Positions 1-9,858 of a stretch of DNA of 64,000 nucleotides are shown here, one piece after another; position 1 is the stretch's first letter; each line of letters starts with the position of its first letter. This DNA comes from a virus. Taxonomy: Duplodnaviria > Heunggongvirae > Uroviricota > Caudoviricetes. The notes beneath the pieces were generated by a model. That model had not been told where the DNA came from, did no database searches, and was given only the letters and a program-made list of their open reading frames with translations. The translations under genes were made by a program, and so were the position numbers. The stretch lies in the IMG/VR virus record IMGVR_UViG_3300037483_001818; one strand, 5' to 3'.

Positions 1-13
1 GCGAAAATGGGCC

Positions 14-391
14 GTGCAGAGCAGCGGTGGCAGAGCGTTCGAGGTTAGTGGCCGAGATGCGGCTATCCGCGAAGCACGCCGACTTGCTTTGGAAGTTGCC
101 GCGGAAGATGTTCGTGTGTTGGAGGCTGGAAAGAAGGCGCTGTCACGTCTGCATGCGACCAAGAAGAAGTCGACCGCGCAGCTCGATCGCGAAATCGCAT
201 CCGCGCTCGTCCGTAGCCAGCGCGGTGATCGCGTGCTCGCGGATCTTACGCGCTGGGGCATCGACCGTGAGCAGCTTGACGAAGTTCGCCAGGCATTCCG
301 TTCAGGCAACCATCGCAAGGCGATTGCGATTGCGCGCGACCTTGGCTGGAATCGCTCCTCCAAGCGCGGACGTAGCGGCGTCTATCCGTGA
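14..391 (+). CDS. Hypothetical protein with internal KKSTAQLDREIASAL motif
   Basis: ORF contains RLHATKKKSTAQLDREIASAL (motif at 164-208). Start is at the window edge and uncertain. Confidence 0.75.
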   Translation: MQSSGGRAFEVSGRDAAIREARRLALEVAAEDVRVLEAGKKALSRLHATKKKSTAQLDREIASALVRSQRGDRVLADLTRWGIDREQLDEVRQAFRSGNHRKAIAIARDLGWNRSSKRGRSGVYP

Positions 392-413
392 GGACACGCT
401 TGTGACGTCAGCC

Positions 414-827
414 ATGTGGGAATACATCGCCGCATCTCCATCGCTCGTGATCTTCAAACCGAGCGATCTATCCGCGCGCTACGGAATAACGGCGGACGCC
501 GTCAAGACAGTCGTCCTGGCCGCGCTGACCGCGGGCCTCCTCAGACCCGTGTACCGCATCGCAAATGCGTCGGTGCTCGATCGGCAAGCGCGTGCGTGGA
601 CACCGGAGCTGGTCACACTGCGCCGCAAATGGGAAACCACCGACGGTGATGAAGTGGACGGAGCGGATCCGAAGGAGATTGCGATCGCGTTCGAGCGCAC
701 GCAGGTAGACAGAGACGTAACCAAAGAACTTGAAGCCTCAAGGAACTTGGAACCGGACTGCCCCTACGGAGCGGTGGGGGCCGGTAGGTACATGCGTGAT
801 GGCAAACGGCTGCCTCCGCAAAAGTGA
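414..827 (+). CDS. Hypothetical protein
   Basis: C-terminal part of ORF 27..827 from ATG 414; protein-like composition. Confidence 0.55.
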   Translation: MWEYIAASPSLVIFKPSDLSARYGITADAVKTVVLAALTAGLLRPVYRIANASVLDRQARAWTPELVTLRRKWETTDGDEVDGADPKEIAIAFERTQVDRDVTKELEASRNLEPDCPYGAVGAGRYMRDGKRLPPQK

Positions 828-867
828 GTTTGCCCTGATCTCACAAGCTCGCAGTAGGCTCGTGGTC

Positions 868-1083
868 ATGGCCATCCTGCACTGGAAAAAAGTAACGGCC
901 GGCGTCTATCACGCGACGTCACCGTGGGGTCTTTACGTCATCGACGGCAACAACTTTGGCAGGAACCGCTGGACGGTGACCTATCCCAACAGCGATTACG
1001 GGATGGCTGACGCCCTTGCCGAGGCCAAGGCGTGGGCCGAGACGGATGTCGCCGAGCGCGCTGCGCGCGGTAAAGCTACTTGA
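868..1083 (+). CDS. Small hypothetical protein, probably leaderless
   Basis: MAILHWKK...; TAGGCT at 855-860 lies 7 nt before the ATG. Confidence 0.7.
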   Translation: MAILHWKKVTAGVYHATSPWGLYVIDGNNFGRNRWTVTYPNSDYGMADALAEAKAWAETDVAERAARGKAT

Positions 1084-1345
1084 TGGGAGACAATTCGGTG
1101 CGGATGCGTTGCTCGCGCACCGTGTCGTGCAGGGCGATCGCGCACAGCAACCTCTCACGCACGACGTGATCCGCGGTCGCGAACGCGAGATCCTCTAGCT
1201 CGTTGAGCGTCAGCACCACGGCTGTTGCCGGGCCTCTGCCGGAATGAAGAACCGGATCGTCCGGGCATCCCACACAACGGCCACATGCAGCGCAGCGATC
1301 CATCAGCGTGCCTCGGTAAACGGATCGTCAAGGAACGCCTGCGGC

Positions 1346-1654
1346 TCACGCATGGCGCTGGCGAGTCGCCTCCCGCTCGCGTGCTTCGTTCTCCCAGTCG
1401 ATCAGCCGCTGCACCGCAGCTTCGAGGCTGGCGTACTTGTAGTGGCTGTCCCCTTCGGCAGGCACCATGTTCCAGGTAGCAGCCCATTTGCCGGTCGTCG
1501 TGGACTTGCAGACCATGCCGCGCGGGTAGCCGTTTTCTTCGGCGTCGTAGCCGTCCGGCATGATCTTCGTGAGCGTGTAGCCCAGGACGGTGATTCGATC
1601 CTTACGGTCTTTGCGTGGCATGCGTCTCCAGATTTTGTTTAGCGCCGCGCCCAA
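1346..1654 (-). CDS. Hypothetical protein
   Basis: ORF within the minus-strand gene run; protein-like composition. Confidence 0.55.
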   Translation of the reverse strand: MGAALNKIWRRMPRKDRKDRITVLGYTLTKIMPDGYDAEENGYPRGMVCKSTTTGKWAATWNMVPAEGDSHYKYASLEAAVQRLIDWENEAREREATRQRHA

Positions 1655-1814
1655 GAGGCTTTGGCGTGGCCGATCGGATACGGATCGAATGGATAGAACT
1701 CACGTTTGGTGCTCACCAGCACCCCATCATCGCATTCGCGCCACAAGCACCGGTCACCCGGTTTGCCAGGATCGAATGCCCAGGGGCGTCGTTCGCACTT
1801 GTTGCAGATCCGGT

Positions 1815-2261
1815 TCATCGCGGCGCCTTCATTCTGCGCAGGTGCTGCTCGACCCATGCGCGTGCTTCATCGTGCCGGCGATACGTCTCGCCCGCCTCGT
1901 GCCGGTAGAGGCGTTCGTCAGTGTGCGCCATGAGCTTTGCGGGCTTGTCGCCGGGTGGGATCACGACCTCGAGCGCGTCGGCGGGCCAGATCTCCAGAAC
2001 CAGGCCGACGCGTCCCTTGCCGATCCGTCGGAAGCGCGTGCCGGCGACACGACTGTCGGTGCTCGTTCGCACGCGTTCGGCACGCGCCGCGACCAGCCGC
2101 CCTTGGTCGTCGACGAGCTTGTTGGTGTTGATCCATGCCGCGAGCTGGCGATGGTTGCGCGTCGGCGGCAGCTTCACGCTAGTCGGCGGCATGTTAGTTC
2201 GCACCGTCGTCATCGGCCTTCGTGGGAGTCTTCGTGGCGACGTTGTCGGCAGGCACATCAA
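1815..2261 (-). CDS. Hypothetical protein
   Basis: ORF within the minus-strand gene run; start uncertain. Confidence 0.55.
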   Translation of the reverse strand: MMCLPTTSPRRLPRRPMTTVRTNMPPTSVKLPPTRNHRQLAAWINTNKLVDDQGRLVAARAERVRTSTDSRVAGTRFRRIGKGRVGLVLEIWPADALEVVIPPGDKPAKLMAHTDERLYRHEAGETYRRHDEARAWVEQHLRRMKAPR

Positions 2262-2565
2262 ATGAGATCTTGATGCGCTGACGACCGACCTCGATCACAT
2301 CGCCAGGGCGCAGCTGAATGCGCCGTACCTTCACGCCATTGACGCGTGTTCCGAGTGGTGAGCCTAGGTCGACGAGGAGAATGCCCTCGTATGTCACGTC
2401 GATGACCGCGTGCATGCGCGCGACCTGATCGTCATGTTCGAAGCGCAGATCTGCGCTGGCGACACGACCGATCTTGATCGCTGTCGCCGACAATGGGCGC
2501 GGTTCGGATTTGAACGTCAGCACACGCGCGACCTTGTCATCCTTGTAGATCTCGAACGTAATCAT
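2194..2565 (-). CDS. FHA-domain protein (degenerate phosphopeptide-binding residues)
   Basis: IKIGR...VARMHAVI...LVDLGSPLGTRVNG...LRPGDVIEVG matches the FHA signature. Confidence 0.85.
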   Translation of the reverse strand: MITFEIYKDDKVARVLTFKSEPRPLSATAIKIGRVASADLRFEHDDQVARMHAVIDVTYEGILLVDLGSPLGTRVNGVKVRRIQLRPGDVIEVGRQRIKISFDVPADNVATKTPTKADDDGAN

Positions 2566-2572
2566 GCGTCCC

Positions 2573-3037
2573 TCACGATGCCGGCTCCTCCAAGATCACG
2601 TGATCACCATTGAACACCGGCGAGTCAGCGGGGATCACTTCAGCGCCGTGGCTGCCTCCGAGTAGATCCTTACTGCGGAGACCAAGCGTCTGCATCCAGC
2701 CACGTATGAGCCGGCGAAAGGCCTTTCCCTTGCCGTCGTATCGGGCTCGCGCGAGGAAGAAGTTCTCGTTGCGTCCCGAGGGCGTCTTGATGTCGCGGCG
2801 GAGGATCACGACGAAGCCCGCTACGATGTTGGCGCCCGTTGCAGCTTCATTCGCGGATCGAATCCAGTACATGGCGCCGTGCTTCGCATCGTACCGCTTG
2901 TTGATCACGCCAGCCGCGGCGAGCTTCTCCGCGACGTTTTCGTCCGTCCCGTACACCACGTGCGCCTTGTCTCGCGAGAACGCTGCGTTCGCGCTTAGGT
3001 GATCGAGTATCTCTCGCTGGCGGCGGGTGATCGGCAT
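2573..3037 (-). CDS. Putative winged-helix protein
   Basis: ITRRQREILDHL...VAEKLAAAGVINKR pattern. Confidence 0.5.
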   Translation of the reverse strand: MPITRRQREILDHLSANAAFSRDKAHVVYGTDENVAEKLAAAGVINKRYDAKHGAMYWIRSANEAATGANIVAGFVVILRRDIKTPSGRNENFFLARARYDGKGKAFRRLIRGWMQTLGLRSKDLLGGSHGAEVIPADSPVFNGDHVILEEPAS

Positions 3038-3040
3038 CGG

Positions 3041-3268
3041 TTAGCTCTCAATCGCGCCGATTTTGCGGAGCCAGCGCTTGACCGCCGTGCCGTCCGCGGC
3101 CGTTGGGATGCCCTTCACGCGAAACACCGCCACCCAACGAGCACCAGAACCGTCAACTTCATTCAATTTCCATCCGCGCGGTAGCGGTTCCGGTCGATCG
3201 GTGTCGAATGGATCGGCATTGTCGATGCCAAACGCGACTTTGCAATCATCCCACGGAGCTTTGCTCAC
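3041..3268 (-). CDS. Small hypothetical protein
   Basis: Tightly packed in the minus-strand operon. Confidence 0.6.
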   Translation of the reverse strand: MSKAPWDDCKVAFGIDNADPFDTDRPEPLPRGWKLNEVDGSGARWVAVFRVKGIPTAADGTAVKRWLRKIGAIES

Positions 3269-3289
3269 AGTGTCCCCTTTCCTTGCACG

Positions 3290-3625
3290 CTACTTGTCGT
3301 CGTCGTCGTCGTCGTCGTTGTCATCGTCGTCCGGCCCGATCCAGTCTTGCTCGGCCTCGTTCCATGTCACGGGCTCGGTCATGACGTAGAGTCCCGGCTG
3401 GCCGGGCTTCATCAACGGCGCATAGCCCGTCACTGACCGGAAGATTTCGCACAGGTGCGCCGTGTGCTCGTGGCCGATCCGCGTCTCCACATCACCTGCG
3501 ACGTCCATGTTGGGGAGGTCGAGGACGAACTCGATTACCACTCGCTGCATCATGATCTGTTCACCTTCCGGGTTCTTTCGTTTCGCCGACCATCGCACGA
3601 ACAGCGCGCGTCGCGCAGCCAGCAA
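3290..3625 (-). CDS. Hypothetical protein with poly-Asp tail
   Basis: Ends in PDDDDNDDDDDDDK; true start probably at MMQRVV. Confidence 0.6.
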   Translation of the reverse strand: MLAARRALFVRWSAKRKNPEGEQIMMQRVVIEFVLDLPNMDVAGDVETRIGHEHTAHLCEIFRSVTGYAPLMKPGQPGLYVMTEPVTWNEAEQDWIGPDDDDNDDDDDDDK

Positions 3626-3640
3626 GCTGGTGGGCGATCC

Positions 3641-3943
3641 CTACCTCGTCGCTCCCTTCATTTCGGGTGCGACGAGCTGCGCTGCGTACTTGAGCGCGGT
3701 CATCAGATCACGGAACTCACCGCCGCACATTTTCATCCAGAAACCTGCGCCTTCGCCGCCGTGCTGGTTGACGTAGTAACAGCCGTAGAGGCCAAGCTGC
3801 ACCGAGTAGCCGGTCGGCAGACCCGTTGCGTACGACAACTGGATCTCGCTGTCGACGGACTCGTCGCGTGCCTCGATGTACGTTGCTTTGAGGCCGTGCG
3901 CAGCTAGAAGTTGGTGGTGGCGAGACGACAGTGGCGTCGACAT
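3641..3943 (-). CDS. Hypothetical protein
   Basis: Start overlaps the stop of the upstream ORF at 3943. Confidence 0.6.
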   Translation of the reverse strand: MSTPLSSRHHQLLAAHGLKATYIEARDESVDSEIQLSYATGLPTGYSVQLGLYGCYYVNQHGGEGAGFWMKMCGGEFRDLMTALKYAAQLVAPEMKGATR

Positions 3944-5061
3944 CAGTGAACCTCGGCGATGAGTGCCGCAGGCACCCGGACATCGAAGCGAAGCACGATA
4001 GCCCCAGGCTCCTGCGCGCTGGTGAACGCCTCGGGAACGCCGACAATGTGGAGCCCGCCCTGTTCGAAGAGCGTACGAAGGATCTGCGCCGCGCGAAGGA
4101 TCCGCGCCACCAGGGTGTTTCGATCCTCAGCATACGGCTCGTCGATGTGCGTTGCCGGAACGCGGACATCAACACGAAGCACGACTGCCCCCGGCTCCTG
4201 TGCGCTGGGCAGTGCTTCGGGAACGCCGATGATGCGGAGCCCACCCTGGTCGATGCGTGCGCGGAGGAGTTGTTCGGCCTTATCGTCCCGGCTGGGCTCT
4301 TCGGCAGTTCGCACCGCGGTCACCAGCTTGCTGATCGCGCTCAGCGCGGCGTCACGAACGGCCCACGGATGCTCGTGCGCCATGTGTACACGCACGTGTT
4401 CGAGCGCCGCTGGCAGCGCGCGGATCTCCTCCGCTGTCAGGCTGACGTGCAGATCGGAGACTTCGTGCCCGGCGCGGAACTGTAGCCGTGTGGTTTCGAC
4501 GAGCGCGGTGACGCCAGCTGCCGGTGCAGCATGGAGGGCGTCGAGCAGCGCGGCGCACGGCGGACACTGCCCGCGTGCACTGTCTCCACCGCACCACATG
4601 CATGCGACCAGCGCGGGCGGAGGCACGATGACCCCAGGGACGTGGACGCTCCGCAGCGGAGCGCAATCGTCGACGACGCACGACCTGAAGTCGCCATGCG
4701 GGCACGGCTGATCCATCGCAGCCTCCTGCGTGGCGGGCGGCGGTAGCTTTGCGAGCTTGTCGAGCGTGGGCCGCACAAGATTGAAGAGCTGCTTTCCCGT
4801 GCGCCCCTCGCGCGGAAGCGGCAGCGTCGTGCTGTGCTCTTCGCAATAGCCGCCCTCGTCGTCATGGACCTCGATCGGTAGCGTGCCGTCAGCCTGCCAG
4901 TCCGGCGTGAAGCGGACACTGAACGGCAGGTTCTGACGGCTGTAGCAGAAGTAGCCGGGGAATTCGTACGTGAAGCTCCAGCCGTCGTATGGCCCCAGAT
5001 CACGCAGCTCGTTCATGAGGCGCTCGACCTCGGTCAATTCGGCGTTCTTGCTCATCACCAT
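3943..5061 (-). CDS. Mosaic hypothetical protein with duplicated C-terminal ~45 aa module
   Basis: QGGLRIIGVPEALPSAQEPGAVVLRVDVRVPA and QGGLHIVGVPEAFTSAQEPGAIVLRFDVRVPA; Cys pairs in the middle. Confidence 0.65.
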   Translation of the reverse strand: MVMSKNAELTEVERLMNELRDLGPYDGWSFTYEFPGYFCYSRQNLPFSVRFTPDWQADGTLPIEVHDDEGGYCEEHSTTLPLPREGRTGKQLFNLVRPTLDKLAKLPPPATQEAAMDQPCPHGDFRSCVVDDCAPLRSVHVPGVIVPPPALVACMWCGGDSARGQCPPCAALLDALHAAPAAGVTALVETTRLQFRAGHEVSDLHVSLTAEEIRALPAALEHVRVHMAHEHPWAVRDAALSAISKLVTAVRTAEEPSRDDKAEQLLRARIDQGGLRIIGVPEALPSAQEPGAVVLRVDVRVPATHIDEPYAEDRNTLVARILRAAQILRTLFEQGGLHIVGVPEAFTSAQEPGAIVLRFDVRVPAALIAEVH

Positions 5062-5240
5062 CACCAGTCTCCCTTCACGTTCATGGGGCGGATCTTGGTC
5101 AGCTCGCTGTAGAAACGGTAGGCCGCCGCGCAGCCGACGTCGCAGACGACGTCGCCACAAACAACCTGGCCGGTATTGGCGGGCGGCTCGCGCAGCGAGG
5201 CGGAGAGCTGGCCGATCTTGACGTGACGGGCTTCGGTCAT
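5061..5240 (-). CDS. Small hypothetical protein, first gene after a sigma54-type promoter
   Basis: MTEARHVK...; ATG 13 nt after the -12 GC. Confidence 0.55.
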   Translation of the reverse strand: MTEARHVKIGQLSASLREPPANTGQVVCGDVVCDVGCAAAYRFYSELTKIRPMNVKGDW

Positions 5241-5252
5241 GCTCGATTGTAG

Positions 5253-5363
5253 TGCGAGCCGCGGGCCAGCGCGCGGGCACGCCAGATCTCTCCAAGCTGT
5301 CAGATGCACTCGGACGGGTAGCTAGGTACCCGTGTCGTCAAGCCCCTGGGTAAGGAGATACCC
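5253..5363 (-). promoter_or_regulatory. Sigma54-type promoter with two upstream GGGTA-N6-TACCC palindromes
   Basis: Minus strand CTGGCCCGCGGCTCGCA (GG-N10-GC) at 5253-5269; palindromes at 5316-5331 and 5348-5363. Confidence 0.7.
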
Positions 5364-5444
5364 GGATACAGCACGCCACGTGTTTTTTGGTGAGTGTGCC
5401 CAGAAACCCCCACCGAAAACGGGGGGTTCTCGGGAAACTATCCG

Positions 5445-5540
5445 GGTTATTGGGAAACGGATTCGACCGTTTCGCGCGTTCTGGGGAAGCGCGTTCTACT
5501 TCCGTCGAGTTTCTGGGAAACGCGAGTTCTACTTCTGTCG
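5445..5540 (+). repeat. Intergenic degenerate repeat cluster (GTTCTACTTCYGTCG family)
   Basis: GTTCTACTTCCGTCG at 5493 and GTTCTACTTCTGTCG at 5526, separated by AGTTTCTGGGAAACGCGA. Confidence 0.7.
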
Positions 5541-5766
5541 CGCCCGATCCCATGGCTCCGAAACCACATCGCGAATCGATCCACGGCGCAGTAGCCTGGT
5601 CGCATGCAGGTCGTCGAAGGAGCGCGCGAGCTTCCTTGGATCGAGGCGCTGGCGAGGACGGCGTACGTCGGTCAGTCTTCGTTCACCGCGCCGGGCAGCC
5701 GCAGTCGATAGACGTAACACTGTTCGTCGTGCACGTCTGGATAGCGCCGATGTTACGCTTCTTGCG

Positions 5767-6183
5767 ATGAAAAAGTCGGTCGCCCAGCTCGATCGCGAGA
5801 TCGCCGAAGCACTCATCAAGACACACGAGACGCCAAGCGGCTTCACGTGTTCGTACGGCAGTGTCGGCGAGATCAACGTCCTATATAAAGAGGACAGCTG
5901 CTACGTCGACAACATTGAAGTCGACCCGAAGTATCAGCGACAGGGCATCGGCACGAGGCTTTGGGAGGCTGCCGCCAACTTCTGCTGGAAGCGCAAGAAG
6001 CTCCCTTTGAGATCGGGCTACATCGTCTCGTCAGACGCACTCGCCTTCTGGCAACGGCAATTCAAGAAGGGACGTGCAACGCGTACCAAGACCGATCCAG
6101 AACTCCTCGATCCGGACATTGACGACTTCTACAATGAGTACAGCTACACGCTGCGCACCCCACCCCCCAAGGATCTCTCGTGA
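5767..6183 (+). CDS. GNAT acetyltransferase with N-terminal KKSVAQLDREIAEAL motif
   Basis: VDNIEVDPKYQRQGIGTRLW (GNAT motif A) and DALAFW; extended -10 TGTTACGCT 7 nt before ATG 5767. Confidence 0.85.
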   Translation: MKKSVAQLDREIAEALIKTHETPSGFTCSYGSVGEINVLYKEDSCYVDNIEVDPKYQRQGIGTRLWEAAANFCWKRKKLPLRSGYIVSSDALAFWQRQFKKGRATRTKTDPELLDPDIDDFYNEYSYTLRTPPPKDLS

Positions 6184-6437
6184 GCACATTCGACAAGCTC
6201 GTCCACGGCGCCTGTCGTCATGACGCCTCGGACTCTCGCGCATGCAGTTCGTTCTCAAGCTGCTCGATGTAGAACTGACGTGTCGCTTGGTCTGAGGTCC
6301 TGCAAGGTCCGCATGTCTCGCAGCTCCGTAACAAGGTTGATCGTGGACGAGAACAATTCACGGCTACGGAGTGCCTCGGCGATTCGTTTGATGGGCTTCA
6401 TCCAGACGACCGATCCGACCCGGGTTGTCGCCTAGGT

Positions 6438-6477
6438 AGTAACGAAATGGACGTATTTCCGATCGTTTTGTTACCAT
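6438..6477 (+). promoter_or_regulatory. Leaderless sigma70-type promoter inside an inverted-repeat operator
   Basis: AGTAACGAAA TGGACG...TTTTGTTACCAT, then 6 nt to ATG 6484; near copies at 20091 and 24394. Confidence 0.7.
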
Positions 6478-6483
6478 CAAGCA

Positions 6484-6681
6484 ATGACGGACGATCAGCG
6501 GCTGATGACGCACCGGCGCGGCACATGGAAGAGCGCGTGGAACAGCTTGAACAAGGCGTCCACCTATCTCTGGTCCGATCCAGATACAAAGAAACTCGCC
6601 CAGGAAGTGGACGCTTTGATGATGAAGCTCGACGCGGTCATTGATCGGGAACGGTCGGAACGGAAGACGCGCAGACGATAG
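6484..6681 (+). CDS. Small helical hypothetical protein
   Basis: 65 aa ORF directly after the promoter element. Confidence 0.65.
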   Translation: MTDDQRLMTHRRGTWKSAWNSLNKASTYLWSDPDTKKLAQEVDALMMKLDAVIDRERSERKTRRR

Positions 6682-6694
6682 TTAAACGTGATTC

Positions 6695-7168
6695 ATGACG
6701 ACGGCCCGAAAGAAGACCGGCACTCAGCTCGACCGTGAGATCGCTGAAGCGTTGTCGCGAGCCCCTCGCAAGTCCCGGCATCACGCGACGGTCCTCGACG
6801 TTGAGTTGAGCCCCTACGCGTTGCACATCCGCAATGAGAGTGCCGCCACCCTCCGCAGCTTCGGGTATCAGAAACTGGCGACCGGTAGCGCGCGAGGTGA
6901 GCCGTACGAGATCTATGGCGACAACACGGGCTCGTACACCGTCAGGCGGACGAAGGACTTGAGTGAGTTGGCTACGGCGTATGTGGCTGACGACGGCAGG
7001 AAAAACTATCTGACCAGCGTCAGCCTCAACGACCCGAAGTACAAGCGCCTTGGCATCGGCACCGCGCTGTACAACACGATCGAGAAGCACCGTGGGCGGA
7101 AACTGGAGCCGAGTCCGACGCATCAGTCCGACGAAGCAAAAGCCTTCTGGTCGCGCCGTACACGCTGA
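6695..7168 (+). CDS. GNAT acetyltransferase with N-terminal KKTGTQLDREIAEAL motif
   Basis: LTSVSLNDPKYKRLGIGTALY and QSDEAKAFW; motif followed by SRHHATV. Confidence 0.8.
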   Translation: MTTARKKTGTQLDREIAEALSRAPRKSRHHATVLDVELSPYALHIRNESAATLRSFGYQKLATGSARGEPYEIYGDNTGSYTVRRTKDLSELATAYVADDGRKNYLTSVSLNDPKYKRLGIGTALYNTIEKHRGRKLEPSPTHQSDEAKAFWSRRTR

Positions 7169-7170
7169 CA

Positions 7171-7440
7171 GCGCGGTTCTACTTCTGTCGAGTTTGAGGA
7201 AGCGCGGTTCGATTCATGTCGGCACCCGTGCAAATGCCGTCGGCATCGTGCGCGGCCTGCGTGCAGACTCCGTCGATCGACGCGCGCAGTTTTCGACGGT
7301 TGGCTAGGGTTCTGAGGAAGCCCGAGGGGGTATCTGGGAAACGCGGGGTTTTTGGGCACACTCTTTTTTGGTTTTTTGGTTTTTCGGTTTCGGCGAGGCG
7401 TGCCTCGAAACCACCTCGGACCTCAGACCTTTTGAGGTAG
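7171..7440 (+). repeat. Intergenic repeat cluster with T-tracts
   Basis: GGTTCTACTTCTGTCGAGTTTGAGGAAGCGCGGTTCGATT at 7175; TCAGACCTTTTGAGG near 7423 is shared with 19615. Confidence 0.7.
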
Positions 7441-7497
7441 CCTGCGCGAAGTGAACGCTGCGCATGGCTGCTTGGAGACTGTCCGGCGAAAGGCCAA

Positions 7498-7767
7498 ATG
7501 AAACTCGCTTTCTCTTCACCTGACGGCGTGATCACGATCCTTGGGGCTTCGGACGTTGCGCCAGGAGCCTCGGATGTTTTGGCAGCACCAACGATCGTGC
7601 TTGATGGATCTTGGATGCGTCCGATCGGGTACCTGACGCCACGTCGTGATGGGAGCTTCATCGCCTACCTTGGCATCGGCGGAGGTTTTGCCAGTCCTCC
7701 AGCTCGCGCAATCCGCGTGCGCGATTGGACGCAGGCCCAACAACTTCTAACGTTCATGGAAATGTAG
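7498..7767 (+). CDS. Hypothetical protein
   Basis: 89 aa ORF with a short internal duplication (GASDVAPGASDVL). Confidence 0.5.
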   Translation: MKLAFSSPDGVITILGASDVAPGASDVLAAPTIVLDGSWMRPIGYLTPRRDGSFIAYLGIGGGFASPPARAIRVRDWTQAQQLLTFMEM

Positions 7768-8279
7768 ATCATGCCAACCGTTGCACTGCTCGACGCTGCG
7801 CTGCTCGACATTTACGTGCGCACGATCGGTCGACCTCTTGAAGCCGCAGAGGAATCGGTGCTGCCATGATGATCGGTGCAGCGCTTGTTCTAGCGACAAC
7901 GTCCGCGTTCAACTGGTGGCGACATGCCCGATGTACTTCATGCACACCACGCTGCCCCAACAAGCACCAGTGCGAAATCTCGGGAAACCAGGGCTTGTTC
8001 GCCGCATCAGTGCTCATTCTGTCCGTAGGCATCTTGGAGAGCATCTTTTGAAAATCAAAATCGAGGTTGACGGAGAAGTCGCTGAACTGGCCGACGATGA
8101 GATCATCAAGGAATTCACCTGGCACAACATGCGCGATTCGAATCATTGCCGCAGGGTTAGACGAAAGATCTTCGAGGCGGTACTCGCGTTCGCCGACCCT
8201 GCTGCCGCCGCCGCCCCTGCCGTCGACGACAACGCCGATGACTGTGACACCGACCCTGCCGCCGATTCGGAGTCTTGAG

Positions 8280-8735
8280 GTGGAGCTCGTCGTGTTTACG
8301 GGGTTGCAGGCTTCGGGAAAGACGTCGTTCTATCGAGAACGTTTTGCCGCAACACACGCCCACGTAAGCAAGGACCTGTGGCCGAACGCGCGCAAGAAGG
8401 AAGAGCGTCAAAGGCGCCTAATCGACGAGTATTTGCGCACTGGCCGGTCGGTAGTTGTGGACAACACGAACCCGACGGAGAGCGAGCGTGAACCCTTGAT
8501 TGCAATCGCGCGCGGCCTTGGCGTGCGCGTGGTGAGCTACTCGTTCATCGCGACCGTCGAAGACGCAGTGCGCAGGAATGCGAACCGCGAGGGACGTTCG
8601 CGGATCACGGACGTTGGAATCTACGCTGTCGCGAAACGGCTCGTGTTCCCTGACGAAGCAGAAAGATTTGATCAGCGTTTCGAGGTCCGACTCGCCGATG
8701 GCCAATTCGTGGTTGCCGTGGTGGAGCCATCCTGA
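8280..8735 (+). CDS. AAA_33-type P-loop kinase (polynucleotide-kinase-like)
   Basis: LVVFTGLQASGKTSFY Walker A, HVSKD, SVVVDNTNPT...R, RNANRE. Confidence 0.85.
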   Translation: MELVVFTGLQASGKTSFYRERFAATHAHVSKDLWPNARKKEERQRRLIDEYLRTGRSVVVDNTNPTESEREPLIAIARGLGVRVVSYSFIATVEDAVRRNANREGRSRITDVGIYAVAKRLVFPDEAERFDQRFEVRLADGQFVVAVVEPS

Positions 8736-9275
8736 AGAGTGGTCCCGTTTTTTGGCGCGGTACCTCGCAATCACCTCGGCTCATGACGGTTTTGAGGCAA
8801 CGGCCCTGACGCCTGAGGCACGTACCCGCACTGGCTGGACCTGAGAACGCGTAGAAACGTCACTGCCGAGTGCTCTGAACGAAACCAGACCGTCGCAGGC
8901 GCGCTCCACCCTGGATCGTGAGGAGAACGCCGATGAAGCAATTGAAGAAATCCGATCCAGCGACGAAGCGTGCCTGGCGTGTGTTCTGCCTGCTGGGTAG
9001 TGGTCGCGTGTCCGGCAGCTGCGGGCATTCGCACCGGACCCTGACGCACGCGATGCGCTGCTCTTACGAGCCCGTCGCGTACCTGCGCGATCCCGAGGCC
9101 GAGCTGCGCGCGCGCCAGGTGAAGGCCGCACGCCCGCGGTAAGCTCTCCGCGATACGGACGCTGAGCGCGAAGCTGAGGCAGCCAACATCGCTGACCGCG
9201 GCAAGAGAGATCTCGGGGCAGATCCTGCCACGCTGGTCGCGGGTGCTGCTCGATTCAGCGTGTAAAACAGGCTTC

Positions 9276-9845
9276 ATGCCGATGACCGACACCGACCGCC
9301 TGTCCACGTCTGCTGACATGGTGGACCTTTTGAAGCACCTGGCGAAGATCATGCGCGATGTCGAGGCGCTGCCCGACAACGCGCAGCAGCGCTTCTGGGA
9401 CGACACCAATCATGGCCTGGAAGCGATCGCGGCCGAGGAGTTTCGCCTCGAGCACACGCTGACGGCGTCGTCGGTCCGCGTGTTCTACAATATCCTCGCG
9501 ACGATGTGCGGTCCGCAGCTCGCCGAGATGGTGAACGGCGCCTCCAAGGAATACTACGAGAGCATCATCTCCCAGATGAAGGAGGTGACGCATCGCTCGT
9601 GGGACACGTTCCTCGATCAGAAGCTCGATGAGACCAAGGATACGGACCACGAGGGCGTCGCCGTCGTTTCGGTCAGGCTTGCCACCATCAACGACATTGG
9701 CGGTGGCCTTTTGAAGCGCGTCGAGGGCGTCTCGAAGCTCCTGAAGTTGACGGACACGCGGCTCGCCGACAAAACGGAGTGCTACTTCTCGAGCAAGGAC
9801 ATCATCCTGATGGAATTCGCGCGGACGCACACGCCCGAACCGTGA
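9276..9845 (+). CDS. Hypothetical protein
   Basis: 189 aa ORF with GC3-biased codons. Confidence 0.65.
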   Translation: MPMTDTDRLSTSADMVDLLKHLAKIMRDVEALPDNAQQRFWDDTNHGLEAIAAEEFRLEHTLTASSVRVFYNILATMCGPQLAEMVNGASKEYYESIISQMKEVTHRSWDTFLDQKLDETKDTDHEGVAVVSVRLATINDIGGGLLKRVEGVSKLLKLTDTRLADKTECYFSSKDIILMEFARTHTPEP

Positions 9846-9858
9846 AACGCTCGCTGCG

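Noticed and set aside
5332-5766. N-terminal extension of the first GNAT ORF
   Set aside because: It runs through the non-coding repeat and operator region; the ATG at 5767 has its own -10 and begins with the tag.
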